Part shown: positions 1-12,715 of the stretch, piece after piece | How positions within the stretch are numbered: the stretch's first letter is position 1 | Layout: each line of letters starts with the position of its first letter | Assembly: GCA_964016885.1 (NCBI GenBank) | Contig: OZ024744.1 | Coordinates: forward strand, 97,030,001 to 97,094,000 | Origin: Eledone cirrhosa | Lineage: Eukaryota | Length of the DNA: 64,000 nucleotides | Direction of reading: 5' to 3' | Program-made: the position numbers and the translations under genes | The notes under the pieces: model-generated | The model's input: the letters and a program-made list of their open reading frames with translations, nothing else | Databases searched by the model: none | Told to the model about the DNA's origin: nothing

Positions 1-28
1 TGTCATTCTCGATAAAAGCACTGGATAT

Positions 29-71
29 GTAGTCCTGATGATTTCTAACAAGAATGAAACGCGTAGATTAC
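29..71 (+). ncRNA. Minimal type I hammerhead ribozyme (family A), copy 1
   Basis: Stem I gtagtc/gattac; core CTGATGA; stem II t-ttc taacaa gaa-t; GAAAC GC GTA with palindromic stem III acgcgt; GUA triplet. Confidence 0.8.
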
Positions 72-338
72 TTCCCTTGCTTTTATCGAGAATCTAATTG
101 TAATACGTGACGTATTCTATTCTATAGCGATTAGGTCTTCAAAATGTTTATTATAAACATACAGAATATTTTCGAATATTCTATGTCTATATTCACATAT
201 ATATCGCTATTTCAGAGCATTTATTCCAATTTCTAATTTCTGCCGGACCGGCAACCGCTCTTTCAAACCAGTTCCTGTACACAGCTAAGTATTCTATAAG
301 TCTCTAGCTGTGTCATTCTCGATAAAAGCACTGGATAT

Positions 339-381
339 GTAGTCCTGATGATTTCTAACAAGAATGAAACGCGTAGATTAC
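339..381 (+). ncRNA. Hammerhead ribozyme (family A), copy 2
   Basis: Same sequence as 29-71. Confidence 0.8.
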
Positions 382-648
382 TTCCCTTGCTTTTATCGAG
401 AATCTAATTGTAATACGTGACGTATTCTATTCTATAGCGATTAGGTCTTCAAAATGTTTATTATAAACATACAGAATATTTTCGAATATTCTATGTCTAT
501 ATTCACATATATATCGCTATTTCAGAGCATTTATTCCAATTTCTAATTTCTGCCGGACCGGCAACCGCTCTTTCAAACCAGTTCCTGTACACAGCTAAGT
601 ATTCTATAAGTCTCTAGCTGTGTCATTCTCGATAAAAGCACTGGATAT

Positions 649-691
649 GTAGTCCTGATGATTTCTAACAAGAATGAAACGCGTAGATTAC
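649..691 (+). ncRNA. Hammerhead ribozyme (family A), copy 3
   Basis: Same sequence as 29-71. Confidence 0.8.
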
Positions 692-1564
692 TTCCCTTGC
701 TTTTATCGAGAATCTAATTGTAATACGTGACGTATTCTATTCTATAGCGATTAGGTCTTCAAAATGTTTATTATAAACATACAGAATATTTTCGAATATT
801 CTATGTCTATATTCACATATATATATATATATCGCTTGCTGTCGCGCTATAAGGACCAAGAAGAGACAACATTAACATGCGTTTTTTGTAGACAAATCTT
901 TATTCATAACTGATATCTTTTAGACGTTAGTTTTACTGGATGCTAGTCGTAAACGTCAGAATTATTAGACGCTAGAGGTGTTTCCTTTTTCTCCCGTTGC
1001 ATTATGGGAATCACTGACGCGGTTAACAATCGTAACCTATTTGCTGCCTGCTTGCATACTCTACACATAATGCAAATCTGGTATCTTCTGATCTCACCAC
1101 ACAATGTAGAATGGAGCATCTTGGGGGTACTGAGTCCTAGACTAGTGGTAAAAAAAGCTGCACGCTCTGACTTAGCGAAAAATATAGGATATTACAGGAC
1201 TTGCAATCTGCTACTAGATGTCTGACGAGTAAGACTGTGAGGGGCACAGAATATGCCCACATATGAATGCACATCTGCTTGTGGCCTGGGCTAACATTAT
1301 CACGAACGCTCAACCGACTTAGGCGCAACACCAGGATACTTATAGTTACATACAAACGCACATATATATATAATATGTCTCCGATAAAAACATCGACACA
1401 TGACTTTAGGATTAATAACCAATTTCACAGTAATATTACTCAAACACAAACAACTTAGGGAAATTCAGCCCAATATACGCATATGAGACTGCACACACTA
1501 GTAGATACCCTCATGATTAGTATTTGACACATCATGATATACCATATTAGAAATACTCTTTCCT

Positions 1565-1690
1565 CCTGAGTTCGGAATACATTTTACTTAATAGCTGACT
1601 TTGCCTTTCATCCTTACGGGGTCGATAAAATAAAGTACCAGTCACGTACTGGGGTAATTGCTGGCCTTGTGCCAAAGTTGAAACAATTAA
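1565..1690 (+). mobile_element. Partial tRNA-derived SINE (Deu/Nin-domain-like family)
   Basis: gactttgcctttcatccttacggggtcgataaaataaagtaccag...gctggccttgtgcc shared with many copies in the window. Confidence 0.8.
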
Positions 1691-2140
1691 TAGCTGAATC
1701 ACAATAAGAAGAGTTATTCCTCTTGCATTAGGAAAACAAAAAGTTAATTAATTAAGTCACCGTATTACCTCCCTCCCCCCTCCTCCCCCGTCTCGCGTCT
1801 AACGAGACTTCACGTTAATAACGTCGGCCATCTTTGTTTACAGTTGCCTGAAAGAAAGCATCGCATACATCTGCCAATCACACAATCTAGCATACAGGCA
1901 GCATTTGAAACGGAAGATAGCAACTTTTATGTGTTGAAGTCATTAATCATAATTAATATATTTATGTATACATGGTGGGACAGAATGTTACCGCCGTCTT
2001 TCAAAAGGAGGCATTTCGGTAGAAATTTCTGGAAATGCAGAAGTTTGCGCATGCGCACTTATATAACAAATGATGTTGGTATGCACTTTACATTTCTCAT
2101 TTTTTGTTACGCCGTCAAAGGGAAAGCAGCTTGGGTATAC

Positions 2141-2175
<35 letters not shown>

Positions 2176-2249
2176 TGTAACTATTAAGCTCTGTTACCTA
2201 CATAGAACACTCTTTTTTCCTGGACTTTTCCGACGGAATTACTTCATTT

Positions 2250-2308
<59 letters not shown>

Positions 2309-2399
2309 ATATATATATATGTAACGAAGGAGTTGTGGTAAGGAACCAGATGGACCATAACGCACCAGAGTACTCAATACTTAGGGTAGTAGAGTGGGT

Positions 2400-2509
2400 A
2401 ATAGGAAAATGTTTGACCCCGAAGGCAGAGCTCAAGCCGTTTCGACGGCTATTTCTGGACTCAGTCGAAACGGCTTGAGCTCTGCCGTCGACGTCAAACA
2501 TTTTCCTAT

Positions 2510-2510
<1 letters not shown>
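2400..2510. repeat. Fold-back palindrome of a PLE pseudo-LTR-like fragment next to (AT)n
   Basis: ataggaaaatgtttgac...gcagagctcaagccgtttcgac / gtcgaaacggcttgagctctgc...gtcaaacattttcctat; related sequence at 17058-17200, 17715-17772 and 57395-57445. Confidence 0.8.
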
Positions 2511-2905
<395 letters not shown>

Positions 2906-3275
2906 AGTAAGGGTGGAAGCAGCACGGTATTATGTTTAAAGAATTATTTTTTTCTTTTTTAATCTGACAAAATGATTATTGAAAGAAAAAGAAGAAAAAG
3001 ATTTTACTTTTTTTAAAGGGGGTTTATAAAATATATAATTTTAAAAAATATTACCGGTTTTGGTGTTATTCATTTTATCAAATATTAAAAGTTAAGAAGT
3101 AAAAATAAAAAAGAATAAAATTAAGAGTTGAAGAAGGTCTGTTCTTATTTCGTGTTGAGATGATAAATGGGTCACTTTAGGAAAATACTTTATATATACA
3201 CACTCTATGTAGGTAGGTAAGTTGTAGTGGCGTAGGAAGAAGATTGTTTCTATTTGTGTGTGTGAGAGAGAGAGA

Positions 3276-3757
<482 letters not shown>

Positions 3758-3982
3758 GAGCACGACCAGTTAGGAAATTACATGTTCAGTCCATGAATGG
3801 AAGTGTAAAAATATGTAAAACAAGTTCAGCACGACCATCCCAATGTAAAACAATATATGTTTCAACACACGATTTAACATTAAGAATCTTGGAAAACGAA
3901 TACAAAGGCGAAGTGTATGCGCGCACACACACAAATATCTATATATATATATATATAAATATATATATAAAAATAAATATAT

Positions 3983-4061
<79 letters not shown>

Positions 4062-4340
4062 TAGATAGATAGATAGATATAGATATATATAAGTGTGTGT
4101 GTATGTGCATGTATGTGCTTGCGTGTGTATGTATGTATGAATATGCATACAATATGGCTTCATTTATCTCACATTGACGGAAGTGAGATCTGACGAAGAT
4201 TTAAAAAAAATACCCTAAGCAGCAGTCTGATCGATATCCGTGCTGAGATGCCGAGACTATCTGGAACTTATCTCCCTCATTTCACAGCAAGAATCTCTAT
4301 TAAACTTACCTCGGTTCACTGAATTTTGTTTAAGTATTTA

Positions 4341-4381
<41 letters not shown>

Positions 4382-4444
4382 TATATATATATATATTTGT
4401 TTCAAATTTCAAACGCTGAGCATCAGGAATTTTGTTTAAGTATT

Positions 4445-4498
<54 letters not shown>

Positions 4499-5434
4499 TA
4501 TACATATATATATATATATATATTTGTTTCAAATTTCAAACGCTGAGCATCAGGAACATACATCTTATTTCAATCGTTACTTTCATCGTTCTCTTTATTA
4601 AAATATATATTTCAATATATTTTTTTATATACATTTTTATAACAGAGTTTATATCCTTCCGGAGTTGTCAATAGCTTTCATCTTCCCAATATCTATAAAA
4701 TAAATGACTGTTAAGTACTGAGTACCACATATCCGGCTACGCCTCTCATCTCAAACCCGAGGTTCAGGCTTATTATACAGACTATTGTTATTACCGGTTG
4801 GGCACAATCGTTAAAGCGTTGGACGGCAATTTACGTTCAAATACTGCATAGGGTAAAATACTGAGTCACATCAACGACTTACCTTTCCACACGATATTTA
4901 CAGATATATATAATATTCAATGAAACCAATTAGAATATTTACAGATTATATATTCCTTTTACTAATATATGCATTCACATATAAAAGACAGAATTGAATA
5001 CAAAATATATTAGATAAAATGCAACATTTGCATCATGGATATCTCGATACGTCACGTATAGAAATTAAACATAAGATACAATACAGTTTGCTTTCTCAAA
5101 ATTTTTGAATCTCTATTTTAGATTCCTTGTAGTTTGAATTTTTTTTTTTTTTTTTTTTTTTTTATATTTTAAAAGACACATTGCAATCAGCAGCCACTGA
5201 CATGTCTATCATGAAGCAGCTTTTATTGATTTTTTTATCTTTTATTATGTATGATATCTGGTCTATTCTCTTTGATTGTCATGTCAGTGTATATATTGTG
5301 AAATCCCAAAGTATTATGATAATACTAATTTCTGTTATCGGATCTGGATGGCGTTAACACTAAGTTTGTTGTTGTTTCCTTTCCATAACAATTGCATATT
5401 TTACGGCCGTTCGCTGTCATGTTTGTTTTTGTAT

Positions 5435-5634
5435 NNNNNNNNNNNNNNNNNNNNNNNNNNNNNNNNNNNNNNNNNNNNNNNNNNNNNNNNNNNNNNNNNN
5501 NNNNNNNNNNNNNNNNNNNNNNNNNNNNNNNNNNNNNNNNNNNNNNNNNNNNNNNNNNNNNNNNNNNNNNNNNNNNNNNNNNNNNNNNNNNNNNNNNNNN
5601 NNNNNNNNNNNNNNNNNNNNNNNNNNNNNNNNNN
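5435..5634. other. Assembly gap (200 N)
   Basis: Run of N. Confidence 1.
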
Positions 5635-5869
5635 TGTTACCGTCACATATCCCGTTATGATACCTCGTCAAAAACCAAACCACAGGGTATATTTGAAGCT
5701 GGGTGAAGAAGAGGTAAACAAAAATATTCTGATCCGACATCAAGGACTGGACAGGGCACAATATGGCGGCCCTTCTGTAAGTAACAGAAGACAGAGGCCA
5801 CTGGCGGTTTCTGACTGACAGATTGTCTAGCGTACCACCCCCCAGAAACTAGCGGCACCAGTCCCGAGA

Positions 5870-5923
5870 TGGTGATGATGAGAAAGGACGATGATGACAA
5901 TGGCGATGATGATGATGATGATC

Positions 5924-5969
<46 letters not shown>

Positions 5970-6070
5970 GACGACGACGATGATGATGATGATGATGATG
6001 ATGATGAGAATAACGATGATGATGATGGTGATGATGATGATGATGATGAGAATGACGATGATGATTATGG

Positions 6071-6127
<57 letters not shown>

Positions 6128-6141
6128 CGACGACGACGATA

Positions 6142-6185
<44 letters not shown>
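5870..6185. repeat. (GAT)n microsatellite
   Basis: Direct inspection. Confidence 0.95.
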
Positions 6186-6224
6186 AACAGATACATGCAA
6201 GATTTTAACTTTACGTGTGGATTT

Positions 6225-6720
6225 AACTTGTTTATAACTTCCTTTACTGTGTCTCCCTGAGTTGGTTCCCACAATAGTAACTTGTGTATAACGTACTCTA
6301 CTGGGCTTCCCGTGAGTTGGTTCCTACAACAGTAACTTGTGTATAACTTACTCTAGTGTGTCTCCCCTGAGTTCCCACAATAGTAACTTGTGTATAACTT
6401 CCTCTATTGTGTCTCCCCTGAGTTGGTTCCCACAACAGTAACTTGTGTATAACTTCCTCTAGTGTCTCTCCCCTGAGTTCCCACAACAGTAACTTGTGTA
6501 TAGCTTCCTCTAGTGTGTCTCCCCTGAGTTCCCACAATAGTAACTTGCGTATAGCTTCCTCTACTGTGTCCCCCGTGAGTTGGATCCTACAACAGTAACT
6601 TGTGTATAACTTACTCTTGTGTGTCTCCCGTAAGTTGGTTCCCACAATAGTAACTTGTGTATAACTTCTCCTACTGTATCTCCCGTGAGTTCCCACAATA
6701 GTAACTTTTGTATAACTTCC
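6225..6720. repeat. Minisatellite, ~57/62-bp unit, ~8 copies
   Basis: Unit ttgtgtataacttcctctagtgtgtctcccctgagtt(ggtt)cccacaatagtaac. Confidence 0.85.
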
Positions 6721-7960
6721 TGCTTACTTCTCCGGCAATGTCCTGCAGTCTTTAAGCAATCGTAGTTGTTGTCTTGGCCAAGTTTCTGTATAAATTTTCA
6801 TTTGTTATACATTGACGCCAGTTTATGTTTTATACAACCCTAGGTATTTTAGTGTATGGACCATCTAGTTTCTTCTCAAAGACTTGTGTTATGGTCCATC
6901 TAGTTATGGTCCATATATCTAATCAAGACAACAACACTGACTAAACATGTTCTGGAGAATGATATTTTTATTTGGAGGGGTGTGCTCTGACTTCCACATC
7001 CTTTCCATTCTATTCATTGCAGCCAAGACTTTGGACATTCTGATGCCAATGTCCCTTCTTTTATAAATTCATCCAGCTTCCAAAATATATAAAACAATTA
7101 GTATTACGCCACCCAGTATGACAAGGTTTCTATCTTCTTGGTTTAATGACATGAACTCTATCTTGGTAACATTTAAACATTTATGTGTAGATCAATTTTC
7201 CTGGCAGAGAGTTCGATTTTATGAAGAAGGTCTTGAGCTTGATCAATGGGATTTGATAGAAGAGTTATGTCATCAGCAAAATTTGTATCCCATATAATAG
7301 TTTTGTGGGTTTCGCCTACTTCTCCATTGTGTCAAGGTAAAGCTGAGATCTTGTTTATTAATAATGGTTTCCCTCGTGGCATAGTCCAGGGGGATTATGA
7401 GAAAATATGGTGCCATTGTGTCGCCTTGAAGAACACCCGCTAAGATTTAAAAAACCTCGGCATCTCAGAAGAGAGAACTTGAGCTTTTCTGTTTATGTAG
7501 AGTACATTTATAACAGAAACAATGACATCTGGTATACCATGCGCAACTAGGATTGACATTAGCTTTCCTCTATGGATGAAGTTAAAGGCCTTTCTGAAAT
7601 CAACGAAAGCTAGTTCATCTTTCAAGTTCTTTGATCCGACGTCTTCTAGTAGACTCTGCAGTGTTAATATTTTGTCTGAAACCATTTTAATTTATTCTGC
7701 GTCTCAGGTCTAGATGTGGTCTTATTCTTTATATTAGTATTCGGTGGTAGGTTTTAGCTGCAACTACGGACAAACTAATACCTCTGTAATTTGCTGTATA
7801 TACCAGGTCACCCTTCTCGGATAGAGGTGCTGTTCCTCCTTTTCTCCAGATTTATGGTACATTTCTTTTGAAGGGCTTTTGGCAGTTTTCAAGCAACTCA
7901 TCATTCATGCATACTTTCAATAGGCATTGAGTAAAATATCTTGTCGATATTTCCTTCAGC
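6720..7960 (-). pseudogene. Decayed RTE-clade LINE reverse transcriptase fragment
   Basis: ORF 7440-7685: LAFVDFRKAFNFIHRGKLMSILVAHGIP (RT motif A region); many stops and frameshifts. Confidence 0.7.
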
Positions 7961-7984
7961 TTTTTAAAAAATGAAATAAATAAA

Positions 7985-8101
<117 letters not shown>

Positions 8102-8197
8102 AAAAAAGGGATGAAATCGAAAATGCAACAAAAAGGGATGAAATCGAAAATGCAACTGAAGTCTTATTTTTTTAAAAATATATATATTTATTTGATT

Positions 8198-8235
8198 CCT
8201 TTACCGGTTTCGCAGTTCTTCTGCTTTTCAAAAGG
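8198..8235 (-). ncRNA. Degenerate hammerhead (family B), inverted arm
   Basis: Reverse complement of 9955-9992. Confidence 0.55.
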
Positions 8236-8505
8236 TGAGTTGAGATGGAGGGTCTGTGGTTTTTCTCACATCTGGTTGGTCTCTAAATGTTACTTGTTTT
8301 ATATGGAAAAACTGGCTCGAAAACCAAGTTTTTCGAGAAGTAATTTGATTGGTTTGTCAATAATTATAATAAATTTCGCGCCAGTTCGCGTTACAATAGT
8401 TCTTCAAATAAGAGAGGGGGGGGGGGTTGTCACAGGTTGTTTTTTCATATATGAGTGTTTGAATTTCTTTTTACTTGAAAAAATGAGGCTCACGAAGGCT
8501 TTTTT

Positions 8506-8901
8506 TTGGTTGGTTCTAATTGTGGAACCTGCACTCACCTCATTGAAGGCAACACGTATACATTTAAATCAGGACAAAATTTTACTGTAAAAAATCACTT
8601 CACTTGCTCATCAAAAAATCTAATTTATGCCATTAAATGTAAAGGATGCAATGAAGATTATATAGGACAAACTAAACTCACACTCAGAAACAGAATGACA
8701 GTTCATCGCCAACAGTTACGAGATCCAACCACGAGACAAATACCACTAAGTGCACATCTAGACATTTGCGCAAGTAATAAGACACCCAAATTCCAAGTCT
8801 TCCCATTTTACCTTTGCGCTAACAATACAACAGAACAAATGCGAATAAATAAGGAAAATATGTTTATTCAAAAATATAGACCAACATTAAATAAGGTTTA
8901 A
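8506..8901 (+). pseudogene. PLE C-terminal GIY-YIG endonuclease (Neptune-like), 5'-truncated
   Basis: CGTC...FTCSSKNLIYAIKCKGCNEDYIGQT...R..VH...AH...KE..FI.KY..LN. Confidence 0.85.
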
Positions 8902-9105
8902 TATACATTATGTCAACACCACAATATGACATACACACACACACATAACACCTACTTTAGAAAATAAAAACCCGAACTAAATAAACCTTAAACATACGTT
9001 TGCACTGGCAATACAACAGCAAACACGAAAAAGTCAGGAAAATATGTTCATTCAAAAATATTCCTACTAAAGGAATCATTTTCCTACACACACACATACA
9101 CACAC

Positions 9106-9148
<43 letters not shown>

Positions 9149-9389
9149 TCTTCATCTTAACATGCTAACCATACTCCCACACACATAACACCCATACACA
9201 CACATAAAAACCCCCACACCTACAACACCCTCCCCATTTCTACTAATAGAACCACTACACACATATATATATACACACACACAAAAAATATATATTCTCT
9301 CTATCTAACATACTCGCACACACACATAACACCCATATACACACACACACAACTCCCTCCCCCATCTCTACTAATAGAATCATCTTCCA

Positions 9390-9436
<47 letters not shown>

Positions 9437-9954
9437 AGCACACAAATAAACACATATCTTCAGTCTCAATAGAAAATCTGAACTCTGACACCTGAACTCT
9501 GACAGCTGGCCATATTCACTGAACCAGAACATTTCTCCCAATCCCTTTTCCCTTGACCACTATCTCTCCATCGTCATAACATTCACTATAGACTACAGAA
9601 TAGTTTTCCAAATAAGGGCGCAAAAATGTAATGAAAACTTGTTCACGTGACAGCCAAATTTCATTTATAACCAACCAAAAAAAAGCCTTCGTGAGCCTCA
9701 TTTTTTCAAGTAAAAAGAAATTCAAACACTCATATATGAAAAAACAACCTGTGACAACCCCCCCCCCCCCCCCCTCTCTTATTTGAAGAACTATTGTAAC
9801 GCGAACTGGCGCGAAATTTATTATAATTATTGACAAACCAATCAAATTACTTCTCGAAAAACTTGGTTTTCGAGCCAGTTTTTCCATATAAAACAAGTAA
9901 CATTTAGAGACCAACCAGATGTGAGAAAAACCACAGACCCTCCATCTCAACTCA

Positions 9955-9992
9955 CCTTTTGAAAAGCAGAAGAACTGCGAAACCGGTAAAGG
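9955..9992 (+). ncRNA. Degenerate hammerhead (family B)
   Basis: Stem I cctt/aagg; core TTGAAAA (two changes from CTGAAGA); stem II gcag/ctgc; GAAAC CG GTA. Confidence 0.55.
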
Positions 9993-10122
9993 AATCAAAT
10001 AAATATATATATTTTTAAAAAAATAAGACTTCAGTTGCATTTTCGATTTCATCCCTTTTTCTTTATACTTCCACTCGTGTAGGACACCTCGGTTATTTTT
10101 CATTTTGTAAAAAAAACCTCAC

Positions 10123-10172
<50 letters not shown>

Positions 10173-10499
10173 TGTTTCAGAAGCAGAAGTTATATAGTGA
10201 TGGAAATATGAAAACAACGATGAAAACCAAATTATGTAATGAAAAATAAATCGGAAAGTGGTAAAGAAGGGCAAATCTAGCTGTAAAGAAAAGTCGAGGA
10301 AAGGACTATAAATGGGGAAAGGGCAAATCTAGCTGTATAGAAAAGTTAGTAAAGGACTATAAATGGGGAAAGGGTAAAGAAGGGCAGGTCTAGCTGTATT
10401 GAAAAGTCAAGGAAATGACTATAAATGCCACAAATGAGAGGGAAAAAGGAAAAGAGCAAGGACTATTAGGCCACGAAAAAAAGAAGGGGAAGTGGAGAG

Positions 10500-10830
10500 G
10501 GTGACAGGCTCTATGCCTAGGGTGGGTCAACTATCAAGGGAGGTTGTCCAAGCAACTTAGCAAAATGCTCCTTCCATAATTTTACTCTTTCCTAGGGTGT
10601 TTTAGCTTTTATCTTACCTTGGTTGTATCTCTTTCCTCCAGCTAATTCGTTGATAACACTATATGCAAGCCTAGCTTTTCGATTTAAGTGGGCATTATGC
10701 CTTAGTTCTACTTTCTCTCTAATGTAGCTTTCATGTTCTTTGATATAAGCATCATCCAGATACCTTTTAGCTTCAGCTATAAGTTGATGTTTCGTAAAGC
10801 CGAATGGAGCATATATATACGATATTAACA
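10500..10830 (-). pseudogene. Decayed RTE-like LINE fragment, probably the upstream part of the 6720-7960 element
   Basis: AKRYLDDAYIKEHE...LAYSVINELAG...GKIKA resembles the RTE EN-RT linker; same strand as 6720-7960. Confidence 0.45.
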
Positions 10831-10859
10831 AATGTAAACTATATTTATAAAACCATATT

Positions 10860-10924
10860 TATTTCATTATACATATTTCAAGGATACCAAGTTAAATTAT
10901 GGTGTGCTTTCATCAGATAAAATA
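10860..10924 (-). ncRNA. Hammerhead ribozyme (family C)
   Basis: Minus strand: tattttat CTGATGA aagcacacca...tggtatcctt GAAATATGTAT A atgaaata. Confidence 0.65.
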
Positions 10925-11010
10925 TAATATAGAGCAGTTTTATAAATAAATATTGACGTACCCTTAAACAATGCAACCATTACTGTTGGAAGCTCACGGA
11001 TATATATATG

Positions 11011-11160
<150 letters not shown>

Positions 11161-11171
11161 TAACAGATTAA

Positions 11172-11222
11172 AGTGTAAGCAAAGAATCGCTGCTTTCACC
11201 TATAACAGGATCTTCTGAAACT
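11172..11222 (-). ncRNA. Variant hammerhead (family D, CAGAAGA core)
   Basis: Minus strand: agttt CAGAAGA t cct gttat agg t GAAAGCA...TGCT T acact. Confidence 0.55.
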
Positions 11223-11440
11223 AAAAAATTCAATCTCTGAACGCAGAAGTAAATATTTCAAAAAGCGTTGCAAACGAAGGAAGACAGGAAGACGATACTT
11301 TGGTTCGTGGAAACGTTCCCTGGCAAAGAACGAAAAAAAACGAAGATAATACGTCATTATTTGGTGCAGTGATATATATATAAAATTGAAAAATTGAATA
11401 ATAACATGGTCGACAGTACAAACAAGGAAATTTATTTACA

Positions 11441-11545
11441 GTCTAACAATTGTTTCTATGATAGACTTGTCTAAAAATTGCTAAACATAGAAGGTAGTGG
11501 CACTCAATTTAAAATACAAAATATAACCATCATTTCGTCAGAGAC
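11441..11545 (-). ncRNA. Hammerhead with long stem II insertion (family E), in the pseudo-LTR of the 12.7-kb PLE
   Basis: Minus strand: gtct CTGACGA a atgat...(~65 nt)...atcat a GAAAC aatt GTT agac. Confidence 0.65.
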
Positions 11546-12117
11546 CAAGAGAAAATAAAATAAATATGCGTAACGGTAAATTTACAAATCAAATTACCAC
11601 ATCAATATTAATATTAATAATAAAGATATAGAGAGAAACAGAGGAAGGAGGACAAATGGAAAGGAGGGGAGGAGGAAAGACGAGAGAGAGAAAGACAATA
11701 CAAATAAATGTAACAGGCAAATTTAAGAGTTCAAACTATCACATCAAAATAGTAGTAGTAATAGAGATACGGATAGAAAGAAAAGAGGAGGGATAGAAAT
11801 AGTGAAGGTAGAGAAAAGAAAGAAAGATGGAGAAAGAAACAGAGAAAAAGGCAGAGAAAGATGAAGAAGGAGAAAGAGAAAGGAAAAGAGAGAAAGAGAG
11901 AAATAGAAGGAAGAAGACCGGGAGAGTATTATAGCTAAAAATGTGCAAGCATGTTCATCAAATGAAAGAAAGAAAAGACATGCGAACGGATGAGTTATTG
12001 TTGATAAATAAAGGCAGAAATAGGATGGAGAGAAGGCGGAAGTGAAGCAGACAGATGAATATACGTTAATGCAAGAATCAGTGCAAGTGAAAATAGAGAT
12101 ATAAGCATAGAAACAGA

Positions 12118-12172
<55 letters not shown>

Positions 12173-12715
12173 AAATAACTAAAAAAAGTAAAGAAATAAA
12201 AAAAATTAAATTAAAAATAAAAACAACGTTAAAATAATAAATAAATAAAAAAGTAAATAAATAAATAGGTAGATGAGTAAATAATTAAGTTACACATATT
12301 GTTGTATAAAATGATATAATATTTGAAAAGTAGAGATGAGAATCAATAAATAAATAAATGTGTTGAAGAGACTAATAAGAATAATATTAATGTTATTAAT
12401 GTTATTAATTATCTCTATCATAGAAACAATTGTTAGACTGTAAATAAATTTCCTTGTTTGTACTGTCGACCATGTTATTCTCCACTTTTTCAATTTTATT
12501 ACTCCAAGATATACTTACACAGGAATACAAGTGAAGTAATAAACTCGTCATCCACGTAAACCTCTTGTTGAGTCATCTTACAACGCCGTACGCTTAAACT
12601 ATTCATGATAAGAAGGTTTCACAACCTTTAATCGGATTACCTTTAACGATACCTTGTTATCTTATATACCAAGCTCCCATTAGGTTGAGCAACCAATTTA
12701 ACGCACGGCACTAAC

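Larger units (their letters stand above)
1..820 (+). repeat. Tandem repeat of a 310-bp unit (~2.6 copies, truncated by window start), one hammerhead per unit; non-LTR retrozyme-like
   Basis: tgtcattctcgataaaagca recurs at 1, 311 and 621; copies look identical; array ends in (AT)n; no ORF. Confidence 0.9.

Noticed and set aside
1800-2060. Promoter-like motifs (gccatcttt, tgcgcatgcgca) and 165-aa ORF 1844-2341
   Set aside because: Short motifs with no downstream gene; the ORF runs into microsatellites
4185-4274. Possible hammerhead: gagat CTGACGA ... gagac ... atctc
   Set aside because: GAAA box mutated and no convincing stem II or stem III
5869-6274. Poly-D/M/I/S ORFs
   Set aside because: (GAT)n microsatellite
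6225-6720. CRISPR-like regularly spaced repeats
   Set aside because: Continuous tandem units with no unique spacers, no cas genes, eukaryotic context
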